A stretch of DNA of 64,000 nt from contig DXJO01000020.1 in NCBI GenBank assembly GCA_019057475.1, positions 74,875 to 138,874 on the forward strand. The letters run 5' to 3'. The translations under genes were made by a program, and so were the position numbers. The notes under the pieces are model-generated. The model did not search any database and was not told the DNA's origin. It worked only from the letters and a program-made list of their open reading frames with translations. Position 1 is the first letter of the stretch, and the number at the start of each line of letters is the position of its first letter. Shown piece after piece: positions 8,702 through 18,040 of the stretch. The DNA is from Candidatus Thorarchaeota archaeon (lineage in GTDB: Archaea > Asgardarchaeota > Thorarchaeia > Thorarchaeales > Thorarchaeaceae).

Positions 8702-9385
8702 ATGTCAGGTACTAAGCTAAATGCAGTAAGGAGCGTCATTCCCCTGATTCCTAAAAGTGGAGCGATAGGTTTGGGCAGTGGTTCCACTGTAGCAATCTTT
8801 GCAAAGGAACTTGGCCAACAGGTTCTGAATGGAAGCATCGACATAAGTGTCGTTCCAACTTCCTATCAAGCCTATGAACTGGCTATAGAACATGGAATAA
8901 CCCTCACGAATCTGGATTTGAATCCTGAATTACTTCTGACTATTGATGGTGCTGATGAAGTTGACAAGAACCTTAACCTGACGAAGGGCGGAGGTGGCGC
9001 TCTGTTTCAGGAGAAGATAGTTGCATCAGCATCCAAGAAGCTAATCATCATAGTGGATGAATCTAAATTGGTAGAGCGTCTTGCAACTAAGTTCGAGATT
9101 CCAGTGGAAGTGCTCCCATTCTCGCTGGGTGTTGTTCGGAGGAAGATTGTGGAGATGGGGATCACTCCGAACGTACGCCAAGCTCAGAAGAAGATGGGTC
9201 CCATAGTAACTGATAATGGAAATTTCATTCTTGACCTCAAGTTTTCCAAGCCAATCAGTGAGCCAAGACAAGTTGCAATAGATCTAAAGATGATTTCCGG
9301 TGTTGTGGAAACCGGACTCTTCATTGACATGGCAGACGAGGTGCATGTTGGTACAGAAACCGGCGTGCGTGTGCTGAAGAAATGA
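8702..9385 (+). CDS. rpiA: Ribose-5-phosphate isomerase A
   Basis: GLGSGSTV, DGADEVD...LTKGGGGALFQEKIV motifs. Confidence 0.9.
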   Translation: MSGTKLNAVRSVIPLIPKSGAIGLGSGSTVAIFAKELGQQVLNGSIDISVVPTSYQAYELAIEHGITLTNLDLNPELLLTIDGADEVDKNLNLTKGGGGALFQEKIVASASKKLIIIVDESKLVERLATKFEIPVEVLPFSLGVVRRKIVEMGITPNVRQAQKKMGPIVTDNGNFILDLKFSKPISEPRQVAIDLKMISGVVETGLFIDMADEVHVGTETGVRVLKK

Positions 9386-9463
9386 TGGCGGGCCCGCCCG
9401 GATTTGAACCGGGGACAACTTGCTTAGGAGGCAAGTGCCCTATCCATACTAGGCCACGGGCCC
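9386..9463 (-). tRNA. tRNA-Arg(CCT), no intron; CCA encoded
   Basis: Reverse complement: GGGCCCG...CTTGC-CTCCTAA-GCAAG...CCCGG-TTCAAAT-CCGGG-CGGGCCC-G-CCA. It abuts the rpiA stop codon. Confidence 0.9.
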
Positions 9464-9525
9464 TCGGAGGAGAGCGTGCAATCAGTCAGTTGTTAAAGTT
9501 TTTGTAGCATTCTAACAGCAGGATG

Positions 9526-10806
9526 CTATTCCGCAATTTTCGCAGTGATTACTAAATTCCCCTCAAGTGCATCAACCAGCGCACCACCCTGCCTAGTCTT
9601 GATTCGGATAGAACTCTCACCATTACGGCCAATGACCGTTGTTAGAAGGTAGTGGTCATCAGCAAAGACCTCTATCCTCATTTTTGCGAACTTCCGACCA
9701 GCAGTGATTGTGACTTTCTTCTTGGAATAATTTACACTGATAGGCACTGACTGCCCTGGGGCACCTCGCCTGGGACCCCTACCGCGCTGCCTGCCCTCAG
9801 GCCGCATTCCACCCCTCACAGGTACTATAATCTTCTCACCTCCAAACGAGAAGATTTCATGCTCAAGAACTCCCACCTCAAAGTCCCTGATTTCTATAAC
9901 CGGTCTTGCTAAATCTCTCTGACTGCCGCCCATGCCTGTAGGGAGTTTCACTTTCAGAGCGAGCGAGGAAATTTTGGCAACGCGACCTGCTTCAATATGA
10001 AGGACAGTATCAACTGTGCTGGGCAGCTGGCCAAGTTCGACTCGCCCACCCAAGATAAGACGCTGAACTGCGTCAATGGCCGAACCAGCATGTACTACTC
10101 CCACCATGCCTACGCCCGCTGATCTGAGGTCTGAATAAGCCTGAAAGTCAGCCGTTTTTCTGAGTTCATCGTAGATTACGTAGTCTGGGCGCACAAGCAA
10201 TAAGATGTCTGCAGCCTTTTCCATACTGCCATCCAGGGGGGAATACTGCACGATGTCCTCTGTGACCTGAAGGTCTCGGGGCTGTTCAAGTGTCTTAACA
10301 ACATTACCTTTCCGACTGTAGAACTCCGCAAGAGCTGCAGCGAAGGTGCTTTTTCCTGAGCCTGGTGATCCGGAAACCAAGATGCCCTCAGCTCGAGTTT
10401 CGAGCCGCTTCATTAGTTTCGGGCTAAGCTTGTAGTCTTCAATATTCAGTTTGGTAATGGGACGAATTGCAGAGATCTCCATCTTGTCGGCGAATGGGGG
10501 CATGGCAATCGCGATTCTCAGATTTCTAAGCTGAACCACAGCAGCCCCGTGCTCCTCTATCTCTATGAACGAGGCTTTGTCGTATCTTGCGCTTTCCATT
10601 ATCGCCTCTGCAAGAATTTCCAGTTCCTCACACGTAAGAAGCCGATCGGACAGCTCAACAAGATCCCAATTGCCTGGTTCACCACGTTTGGCTCTGGGCG
10701 GATTGTTTTCAACGAGATGAACCGACATTGTGCGGTCATCGAAGAAAGCTTCGAGCTTCACAATATCCTCGGTTTTATATTCAGCTTCATCAGAGGTGTT
10801 TGTCAT
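9526..10806 (-). CDS. PilT-family ATPase of the archaeal COG1855 type (ATPase plus C-terminal KH-like region), apparently lacking the N-terminal PIN domain
   Basis: Walker A in GILVSGSPGSGKSTFAAALAEFY; VKTLEQPRDLQV; IAIAMPPFADKMEISAIRP. Confidence 0.65.
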   Translation of the reverse strand: MTNTSDEAEYKTEDIVKLEAFFDDRTMSVHLVENNPPRAKRGEPGNWDLVELSDRLLTCEELEILAEAIMESARYDKASFIEIEEHGAAVVQLRNLRIAIAMPPFADKMEISAIRPITKLNIEDYKLSPKLMKRLETRAEGILVSGSPGSGKSTFAAALAEFYSRKGNVVKTLEQPRDLQVTEDIVQYSPLDGSMEKAADILLLVRPDYVIYDELRKTADFQAYSDLRSAGVGMVGVVHAGSAIDAVQRLILGGRVELGQLPSTVDTVLHIEAGRVAKISSLALKVKLPTGMGGSQRDLARPVIEIRDFEVGVLEHEIFSFGGEKIIVPVRGGMRPEGRQRGRGPRRGAPGQSVPISVNYSKKKVTITAGRKFAKMRIEVFADDHYLLTTVIGRNGESSIRIKTRQGGALVDALEGNLVITAKIAE

Positions 10807-10826
10807 TCTCTTTCACCATCACGATT

Positions 10827-11441
10827 CTATAGAATTGTCTGTGAAACCCTGTAATAATTTACTTCACCATTCTGGTCCACAAGGGCGAACACGAGTTTTT
10901 TCCTTGCAGCAGAGGCAGCTTCTGTCACTCTATCCAATTCATCGAGAGTTATGGAAACTCCTTCCTTGAGTACGTAAATCAACTGCTTTGCCGGTGTGGT
11001 GCCAGGTTTGTCTCCGCGTGCATAGACTCGAAAGCCCAATCCTCCTCCGAATCCTTGACGAACTGCAAATCCCCTGCTTCTTAGGTCTCGAAAGACTAAG
11101 TGATTGACCCACAGTTCAGGATTCTTTTCTATCAATTCACTGACAATATAACTGGCTTGAATTCTCTCTCCGGCGGCATTCTTGGCGACAACCCTCTTCC
11201 AATCAATCAGGTGTATGAGTTCAATCGGCTCAAGCTCCAGCCTGCCATCGTCAAGTCTAACACCATAGAACCCCTGACGTGATATCCGGTCCGCATCTTC
11301 CTTCGCAACATAGCCTTTCTGTCCATCGAAAATGGCTTCAGCTGGTTCAGCTTCCGGTTCTGGAGGTTCTTCCGCAACCTCATTGTCGTTGAATGGATCA
11401 ACCGGCTCTAGATTTGGGCCTTCTCCGCCATCATCTGACAA
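10827..11441 (-). CDS. endA: tRNA-splicing (intron) endonuclease
   Basis: ...LVFRDLRSRGFAVRQGFGGGLGFRVYARGDKPG... is the catalytic-domain signature. An acidic N-terminal extension is present. Confidence 0.8.
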   Translation of the reverse strand: MSDDGGEGPNLEPVDPFNDNEVAEEPPEPEAEPAEAIFDGQKGYVAKEDADRISRQGFYGVRLDDGRLELEPIELIHLIDWKRVVAKNAAGERIQASYIVSELIEKNPELWVNHLVFRDLRSRGFAVRQGFGGGLGFRVYARGDKPGTTPAKQLIYVLKEGVSITLDELDRVTEAASAARKKLVFALVDQNGEVNYYRVSQTIL

Positions 11442-11543
11442 TTCTTAATCGCCTGTTTTACCTAGGCCCGGGCGTTCCTGTGAAAAACCCTTCGACGCAC
11501 CAGATGACAACAACTAATAACCGACTCAAGAAACTGCAGGTTC

Positions 11544-12047
11544 GTGACAGACATCGGGACCAGCCTGAAGGAGTTCATAACTGGCACAAGACGTGTTGCT
11601 GTCTTGGGAATTGGAAATGAGCTGCGGACGGATGACGGCATCGGTCCATTCATTATTGAAGGGCTGAACGTGGACAGTCCAAGCCTGCTGATTGAGAATG
11701 TTGGATCAGTTCCTGAGGCTTTCGCACGACCGCTTGCAAAGTTTAAGGCTGAAAGAATCATAATGATAGATGCGGCAGATATGAAAAAACCGCCAGGTCA
11801 TATCGAATTAGTCACAAAAGACAGGATAGGTGGGATTGCAATAAGCACACACAGCATGCCTTTGTCCTTTCTAATGATGTATCTGGAGCAGGAAACTGGT
11901 GCTCAGACGATTCTTCTTGGAATTCAACCCCAAGACATCCAATTCGGGGAAGGACTGACCCCTGAGTTAGGCGAGGCCGCTCAGAAGATTATTAGCACGT
12001 TGAACATTCTACTCTCCGACCATGTACGAGGGCTAAAAGATGTTTAG
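11544..12047 (+). CDS. Hydrogenase maturation protease (HycI/FrhD-like)
   Basis: VAVLGIGNELRTDDGIGPFII motif; 167 aa; GTG start. Confidence 0.75.
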   Translation: MTDIGTSLKEFITGTRRVAVLGIGNELRTDDGIGPFIIEGLNVDSPSLLIENVGSVPEAFARPLAKFKAERIIMIDAADMKKPPGHIELVTKDRIGGIAISTHSMPLSFLMMYLEQETGAQTILLGIQPQDIQFGEGLTPELGEAAQKIISTLNILLSDHVRGLKDV

Positions 12048-13077
12048 GACAATCGAGTGGCTTGATGAAGAGCATGCAGTCAGACTCGTCGACCAGACAA
12101 AGCTGCCTTTGGTGACTGGGCATATCATCACCGAGAGTCATGAGCGAATTGCTCATGCTATCAAAACAATGGAGATTCGCGGTGCTCCTGCCATTGGGGC
12201 CGCTGCAGGAATGGGAATGGCACTGGCCGCAATCGAGAGCAACTCGAAAACAAAGGATGAGCTGCTCACTTTCTTGGAGAAGGCTGCTGTAACATTGAAC
12301 ACACGACCAACCGCTGTTAATCTCACTTGGGCCACATCACGTATCCTCAGCGTAGCACGAAACAGCGAAGGCAGTGTGGACGACATAGTCAATATTCTGG
12401 TTGATGAAGCCAAAGAAATCGCTGAGGAAGACGTTCGTATGTGCAGAAGCATAGGTGAACATGCATTATCTCTGATTAAGCCCGGCTTCACAATTCAGAC
12501 AATATGCAATGCAGGATCTCTTGCAACGGTCCATCTTGGTACAGTAGGAGCCGTAATTCGCGTGGCTCACGAGAAGTATGACGGAAACATCAAAGTCTAT
12601 GCAGCTGAAACTCGACCCAGACAACAGGGTGCCAGACTGACTGTGTTCGAATTGATGGAGGACGGAATAGATACAACACTCATAACAGATGGCATGATTG
12701 GTACAGTGTTTCGTGAAGGACGAATTGATTGTTGTGTGGTGGGTGCCGATAGGATACTAAGAACAGGTCATGTGACCAACAAAATAGGAACATACACAAT
12801 GGCAATCACCGCGAAGTATCATAACATACCGTTCTACGTTGCAGCTCCAATGTCCACAATTGACATGCAAACTAGTCCAGATGATATTGAGATCGAGGAG
12901 CGTAATGGAAATGAAGTCCGAATGATAAACGGCGAGTATATCACGGTTCCATCTGCCAAGGTATACAACCCAGCGTTTGACACGACACCTCCTGAGCTCA
13001 TCACAGCTATCATCACAGACAAGGGAGTCGTAAGGAATCCCAACGAAAACAGAATGCGCAAAATGTATGAATCATGA
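12040..13077 (+). CDS. mtnA: MTR-1-P / ribose-1,5-bisphosphate isomerase (aIF-2B alpha/beta/delta-like family)
   Basis: RGAPAIGAAAGMG, ETRPRQQGARLT, GADRILRTGHVTNKIGTYTMAITAKYHNIPFYVAAP. Overlaps the upstream gene by 8 nt. Confidence 0.8.
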   Translation: MFRTIEWLDEEHAVRLVDQTKLPLVTGHIITESHERIAHAIKTMEIRGAPAIGAAAGMGMALAAIESNSKTKDELLTFLEKAAVTLNTRPTAVNLTWATSRILSVARNSEGSVDDIVNILVDEAKEIAEEDVRMCRSIGEHALSLIKPGFTIQTICNAGSLATVHLGTVGAVIRVAHEKYDGNIKVYAAETRPRQQGARLTVFELMEDGIDTTLITDGMIGTVFREGRIDCCVVGADRILRTGHVTNKIGTYTMAITAKYHNIPFYVAAPMSTIDMQTSPDDIEIEERNGNEVRMINGEYITVPSAKVYNPAFDTTPPELITAIITDKGVVRNPNENRMRKMYES

Positions 13078-13140
13078 ATGTAGGTTTCTAGAGAGAAAAT
13101 ACCTAGAAGGTTCAAGAAACGTAAGGAAAGTGCTGAGCTC

Positions 13141-14037
13141 TTGAGCAGTATTCTTGTCGAGTTTCGGACTATTAATGGGGAAATTAGCCATGTGCCTTTC
13201 AGCAAAGGTGAAACTAAGATCAATTTATCAGAAACAGGCATAGTTTCTATAGATTTGTCGGTATTTTGCGAGTTTTCGACATTGGAATCACTGAATCTCT
13301 CCCGAAATCATTTGGAGAATCTTGAACTAGGTCATCTCAGTCAGTGCAATCAACTTGAATCCTTAGACCTCAGTCACAATGCATTAGCAATAATAGACCT
13401 CAGCCCGCTAAGCAAGCTCAAGAACCTCAATAAACTATCACTGTCATACAATCCTCTAGCAGAGCTGGACTTTGCACCTCTTCAACATTGTACTGGCCTG
13501 AAGACACTTAGACTCACAAATGTTGGGCTGAAAGAGATAGATCTCTCATTCTTGACTCAATGCACAGAACTGCAACAGCTTTCATTGGTCTTCAACAATC
13601 TGTACCAGTTAGACCTCGCACCTTTGGCTTCATGTAGGAATCTGCAAATGCTTTCAATCAACAAGAACCAACTCAAATCTATCGACCTGACACCTCTCAA
13701 ATCCTGTCGCAATTTAATTACATTGAACCTCAGTGATAACCAGTTGTCCGAGATAGATCTGACTTCACTCCAAGACTGTTTCAAGTTCTACTCTCTGATT
13801 CTATTCAAGAATAAACTGCAGGCGATTGCTCTCGAGCCAATCGGACGGATAGAAACTCTGAGAGGTCTCAATTTAGCTTACAACGAGCTACGAAGTGTTG
13901 ACTTGAGGCCTTTGTCCCAATACTCTCAAATGAAGGAAATTCATCTTTACGGCAATCCGCTTGAAGAACTTAACAAGCCGAATGTTGCAAATCCCGGTCT
14001 GATGTTGAACTCGCCTGAAGGAAGAAGCACACAATGA
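13141..14037 (+). CDS. Leucine-rich-repeat protein (about ten 24-aa LRRs); no signal peptide seen
   Basis: Repeats of LxxLxLSxNxLxxIDLxPLxxCxx, e.g. LESLDLSHNALAIIDLSPLSKLKN and LQMLSINKNQLKSIDLTPLKSCRN; TTG start. Confidence 0.8.
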   Translation: MSSILVEFRTINGEISHVPFSKGETKINLSETGIVSIDLSVFCEFSTLESLNLSRNHLENLELGHLSQCNQLESLDLSHNALAIIDLSPLSKLKNLNKLSLSYNPLAELDFAPLQHCTGLKTLRLTNVGLKEIDLSFLTQCTELQQLSLVFNNLYQLDLAPLASCRNLQMLSINKNQLKSIDLTPLKSCRNLITLNLSDNQLSEIDLTSLQDCFKFYSLILFKNKLQAIALEPIGRIETLRGLNLAYNELRSVDLRPLSQYSQMKEIHLYGNPLEELNKPNVANPGLMLNSPEGRSTQ

Positions 14038-15137
14038 ATGAATGGCTCTCTGTCTTGAAGTACAATCCCATTGAGTGGCTTTTGGAATCCAGCAATCCAG
14101 CGGTTCGTTTCTTCACTTTAAAGGATCTTCTTGATTATGCCGATGACAACCCCGGAGTTCTGGAGGCAAGAAATGCAATCATGGATGATAGAAGAGTTTC
14201 CAAGATACTCAGCAAACAGAATCAAGAAGGACATTGGGAGGCTCCGGAAAAACCATACCTACCGAAGTACAAGTCCTCCTACTGGCAAGTTATGATTCTT
14301 GGAATGCTAGGAGTCAACCAGTTTAATGTTCAAATTCAGAGGGCGATCAATCACATATTCCGATTTCAGCATGCAGAGGGCGGATTTACAGAACTCAGCG
14401 AGATAGGAGCACGAGAAGAGTATAAGTTTGTAATCCAAAGATCATTAAAGAAGCACAAGGAACCGCCTCCCTTTGATACTTGGGCTGAATCAAAGATTCG
14501 AGAGTCTGAGTTGACATGTCTGACTGGGAATGTAGTCCTCGCTCTAATCCGATTGGGCCGCGCCGATGATGAGCGGGTGCTGAGAGCTCTCAAGTGGCTC
14601 ATCGAAGTGCAGAATGTTGACGGTGGCTGGTTGTGCCCTTATTGGAAAGCACACATCAAGGACAAACATGGATGTTTCATGGGGACGATAACTCCTCTAC
14701 ATGCATTCTCCGAGTTTCCAGCCAAGAACAAAGTACCGGGAATGGAATCCTCCATCAGAAGAGGCGCAGAATTCCTGCTAATGCACAGGCTATTCATGGC
14801 CGATCACCACAATTTCAAAGTGATAAAGGAGTCATGGCTCAGATTCGGCTTTCCTCAGTTTTTCTATGATATACTCCGAGGTCTATCCGTGGTCACAGAA
14901 TTGGGTTATGCTACCGATTCAAGAATAGATGATGCACTAGAAATTCTTCTGCGAAAACAGAACAATGACGGGTCATGGAATCTTGAAAGTTCCCCCGTGG
15001 GACGAATGCAAACCACTCTGGAACGGAAAGGAACTCCAAGCAAGTGGATCACTTTGGATGCACTTCGAGTAGTAAAGAGAGTATACGAAGCCAGAGGATC
15101 ACTCTCAATCGACGAGCTGGAGCTAGTGCATCGTTAA
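14034..15137 (+). CDS. Prenyltransferase / squalene-cyclase-like alpha/alpha-toroid protein with QW-type repeats
   Basis: Four Q-x3-G-x-W/F motifs (QNQEGHW, QHAEGGF, QNVDGGW, QNNDGSW). No DxDD motif. ATGA overlap with the LRR gene stop. Confidence 0.7.
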   Translation: MNEWLSVLKYNPIEWLLESSNPAVRFFTLKDLLDYADDNPGVLEARNAIMDDRRVSKILSKQNQEGHWEAPEKPYLPKYKSSYWQVMILGMLGVNQFNVQIQRAINHIFRFQHAEGGFTELSEIGAREEYKFVIQRSLKKHKEPPPFDTWAESKIRESELTCLTGNVVLALIRLGRADDERVLRALKWLIEVQNVDGGWLCPYWKAHIKDKHGCFMGTITPLHAFSEFPAKNKVPGMESSIRRGAEFLLMHRLFMADHHNFKVIKESWLRFGFPQFFYDILRGLSVVTELGYATDSRIDDALEILLRKQNNDGSWNLESSPVGRMQTTLERKGTPSKWITLDALRVVKRVYEARGSLSIDELELVHR

Positions 15138-15194
15138 CCACACTGCAGCATAGAAGTCCTTAAGAGTCGTTCAAGCAGAGCTAGAGTGAATTTA

Positions 15195-15272
15195 GGGCGC
15201 GTAGTCTAGTCTGGATAGGGCGCCTGCCTTCGAAGCAGGATTCCCCAGGTTCAAGTCCTGGCGCGCCCGCCA
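15195..15272 (+). tRNA. tRNA-Arg(TCG), no intron; CCA encoded
   Basis: GGGCGCG...CCTGC-CTTCGAA-GCAGG...CCAGG-TTCAAGT-CCTGG-CGCGCCC-G-CCA. Confidence 0.9.
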
Positions 15273-15275
15273 CGC

Positions 15276-15521
15276 CTAACTCTTGCCCAGTTTCTTGGTC
15301 CAAACTTCAAGGAAGTACTCAAGAGACCTGCCGAAGGTTTTCTCGGCTTCAGGCGGAAAGAGGCATCCTGGTAGCTCACGGTGGGCCCAATGAGACTCTA
15401 TACAATCGCAACAGATTCCCTTTTTTGAGCATCCGGGATAGGTGCAACCACACCGCTCTTTGTTTCTCTCGATGTTACAGATTCTGCCAGTCATTTCTAG
15501 CCCCGTCAGTGCCTTGAGCAA
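15276..15521 (-). CDS. Small Cys-rich protein (DUF6485-like); function unknown
   Basis: ERCGCTYPGCSKKGICCDCIESHWAHRELPGCLFP cysteine pattern. The start may be the internal M (MTGRICN...). Confidence 0.5.
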   Translation of the reverse strand: MLKALTGLEMTGRICNIERNKERCGCTYPGCSKKGICCDCIESHWAHRELPGCLFPPEAEKTFGRSLEYFLEVWTKKLGKS

Positions 15522-15587
15522 GCCGGTTAAAACATAATTGGTCTAGTCGATAGGCTAATAGACAGGAATAGCCAATTTGCTATCGTC

Positions 15588-16367
15588 ATGGACCTTGTGA
15601 AGGAACTCGGTAACGATCTCACCGGAGTTGACGGCATCAAACTGAATCCTGCAAGAGCGCGAGCTCTAGAGAATCTTCTCACGCAGAACTTTGATCCAGA
15701 TGTTAAGACTAGACTGATTCGGCGTTTCAAGAGTAAGAAGAACGTGGTCATTCACATAGGCATGGACTCAGATTCCGGTATGCCAGATCTCGTGGCAAAG
15801 ATGTTCGTCACAGAGCATTTCAAAACCGACTTGATGGCACTGAAACTGAGTCATGAGAATGAGCTTGCTGTACCCAGAGTCGTTGACGCTAACGATGGAG
15901 TCATTCTCATGGATTTCATTTCCGGGGAACCTCTAACTGAACGAATCAACAGAACGTTCGAACCCGCCCTGATAGACGACTTGGCCAAGTGGTATTACGA
16001 TTATCATTCCATCCGCGACATGATAAAGGGCGACCCCCGTCTACGTAACTTCATCTGTGCTGAGAACGCACTTGTTGGCTTGGATTTTGAAGAAACAACA
16101 TCAGGACACTGGATTCTTGATATCGGCGGGGCCAGCGCAAGTCTACTCGACACGAAGCCAGTTTTCGATTCCAGAAAAAGGAAACTTGTATGGCGTTTCC
16201 TAGAAGAATACCTTTCATTGCGTGGCAAGGAACGGGGCAAGAGCATTGATGGCCTGTTCATCACAACTGTTTCGGAAGCCCTGAAACGCACAGCTTACTG
16301 GCGCAAAGACGATGCCATTCTAGCACTTGCAGACCAAGTCAGAACGAGTGGGATTCCTGTCGATTAG
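15588..16367 (+). CDS. Protein-kinase-like (APH/RIO/Kdo-kinase-type) phosphotransferase
   Basis: VILMDFISGEPL, GDPRLRNFI (an HGD-x-x-x-N-like catalytic loop), LVGLDFEE (DFE/DFG-like). Confidence 0.55.
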   Translation: MDLVKELGNDLTGVDGIKLNPARARALENLLTQNFDPDVKTRLIRRFKSKKNVVIHIGMDSDSGMPDLVAKMFVTEHFKTDLMALKLSHENELAVPRVVDANDGVILMDFISGEPLTERINRTFEPALIDDLAKWYYDYHSIRDMIKGDPRLRNFICAENALVGLDFEETTSGHWILDIGGASASLLDTKPVFDSRKRKLVWRFLEEYLSLRGKERGKSIDGLFITTVSEALKRTAYWRKDDAILALADQVRTSGIPVD

Positions 16368-16483
16368 TCCTAGGACGCTCATCTCAAAGAAATATCATCC
16401 CCAAACGTTCATATTCTGGTGCTTTATTGATATGCACGACCAAACATATCACTTCACTATCTTGGTCACGTAGGCGTGTTACG

Positions 16484-18040
16484 ATGAAACTGCAGGCAAA
16501 AGCATTGGCTGCATTGGTACTAATCATTGTAGCCAGTGGTGCTGCGATTTTTCTTTTCGCGTTTCGAAGTGCAAGGAACAATCCAGTAGTTCTTGTAGAG
16601 GGCGGATACATCACTTCACAGGATTCCGAGTTGGTTTCTATTAGGGCAATGGGACTAGATGTGAACATAACTCTGGTGTGGGAGAATGACCTTGGTGTGG
16701 GCAGCTTTGTTATCAATATCACCAACATAGATGTAGCCAGGGCGGAGATCATCTCCGAGGCAGATGTTGCAACAATAGCTAACGGGACTTCCTTTGAAGT
16801 ACTTGATGTGAGTACTAACGAGGATGTCGCTCTAGTTCAGATACGAGCGCCCTATGCAGAGAACACTATCAGTTTCTATGTCTTGGGCGATTCACAGGGC
16901 TATCAGGGTGGCATTGAGCAAGTTGTGGCTGCTGCAAATGAAAATCGACCAAATTTCGTATTCCATTGCGGTGACCTCACCCCTTTCGGCCAGGAGGCCC
17001 AGTATCTAGATGTCGTGGATGCGCTGGATGGCTGCAATGTTCCAGTGTTCACAACAGCTGGAAATCACGATATTCGTCTGGATGGTGGTGAACGATATCT
17101 CCAGCACTTTGGCCCATCGACATATAGTTTTGACTTCGGTCCAGCCCACTTCGTAGTCTTCAACACCTCAACTGGCGATGTTTCCGAAGACGAAATCCAA
17201 TGGTTGACTACGGATCTCACCGATTCCAGAGCAGAACGGAAATACGTGTTTACACATATTCCTCCATTCGACCCCCGGCCTGAAGGCACTCACTCGATGA
17301 TTAATCTTACAACTGCTGAACGAATCATGAACATCTTTGAAGATAATGGAGTTGATGCAGTTTTCACTGGACACATACACCTGTTCAACAACAGCATCGT
17401 TGATGGTGTTCGCTATGTCATTACAGGCGGAGCCGGAGCCAGTCTCTATGCTGCCCCTGAAGATGGTGGCATCTACCATTATGTGGAAGTCACAATCATC
17501 GGGTCATTGCAGACAATCGAAGCTGTGCCTCTTGATTCACCATCACTAGAGCGAAACATGATTCTCGTGAGAGGCATTGACGAGGATGTTACACTAAGCC
17601 TAGATGACTTATTGGCTATGCCCATTGCCGAAGGCTATTCATCGTTCCAAAATCAATACGATAACTGGCGAGGCCAAGGCACCTACCGCGGAGTCCAACT
17701 TTCGGACCTACTTGACCTAGTGGGTGGAATGACCGTTTCGGACCGTCTAAGAGTGTCTTCTAACGATGGCTACGAGCAATATTTCAGCTACTGGAATGTT
17801 TACCCTAATGCCTCGTGGCAATCGACTCAAGGTGACATGATCTTGGCCTTTGAGTTCAATGGGTCGCTGGTTCCGGAATGGTCTAACGGCATGAGATTGG
17901 CGATGATGCCATCCGACGAAGGCTACAGTAACAACGATTGCCAAGCGACATCAGCACCCGGCATGGGGTGGTACGTCTATCCCTCTGCAGGTTCCCGTTG
18001 GGTGAGATACGTTGAAACAATCGAGGTGGTTTCGGGTTGA
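16484..18040 (+). CDS. Membrane-anchored metallophosphoesterase with a C-terminal sulfite-oxidase-like (Oxidored_molyb) domain
   Basis: N-terminal TM (KALAALVLIIVASGAAIFLFAF). Calcineurin-like motifs GDSQG, CGDLTPFG, GNHD, THIPP, GHIH. The C-terminal ...LSLDDLLAMP...WRGQGTYRGVQLSDLLDLVG...ILAFEFNGSLV...VRYVETIEVV resembles a Moco-binding-fold domain. The start is set at ATG 16484. Confidence 0.7.
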   Translation: MKLQAKALAALVLIIVASGAAIFLFAFRSARNNPVVLVEGGYITSQDSELVSIRAMGLDVNITLVWENDLGVGSFVINITNIDVARAEIISEADVATIANGTSFEVLDVSTNEDVALVQIRAPYAENTISFYVLGDSQGYQGGIEQVVAAANENRPNFVFHCGDLTPFGQEAQYLDVVDALDGCNVPVFTTAGNHDIRLDGGERYLQHFGPSTYSFDFGPAHFVVFNTSTGDVSEDEIQWLTTDLTDSRAERKYVFTHIPPFDPRPEGTHSMINLTTAERIMNIFEDNGVDAVFTGHIHLFNNSIVDGVRYVITGGAGASLYAAPEDGGIYHYVEVTIIGSLQTIEAVPLDSPSLERNMILVRGIDEDVTLSLDDLLAMPIAEGYSSFQNQYDNWRGQGTYRGVQLSDLLDLVGGMTVSDRLRVSSNDGYEQYFSYWNVYPNASWQSTQGDMILAFEFNGSLVPEWSNGMRLAMMPSDEGYSNNDCQATSAPGMGWYVYPSAGSRWVRYVETIEVVSG

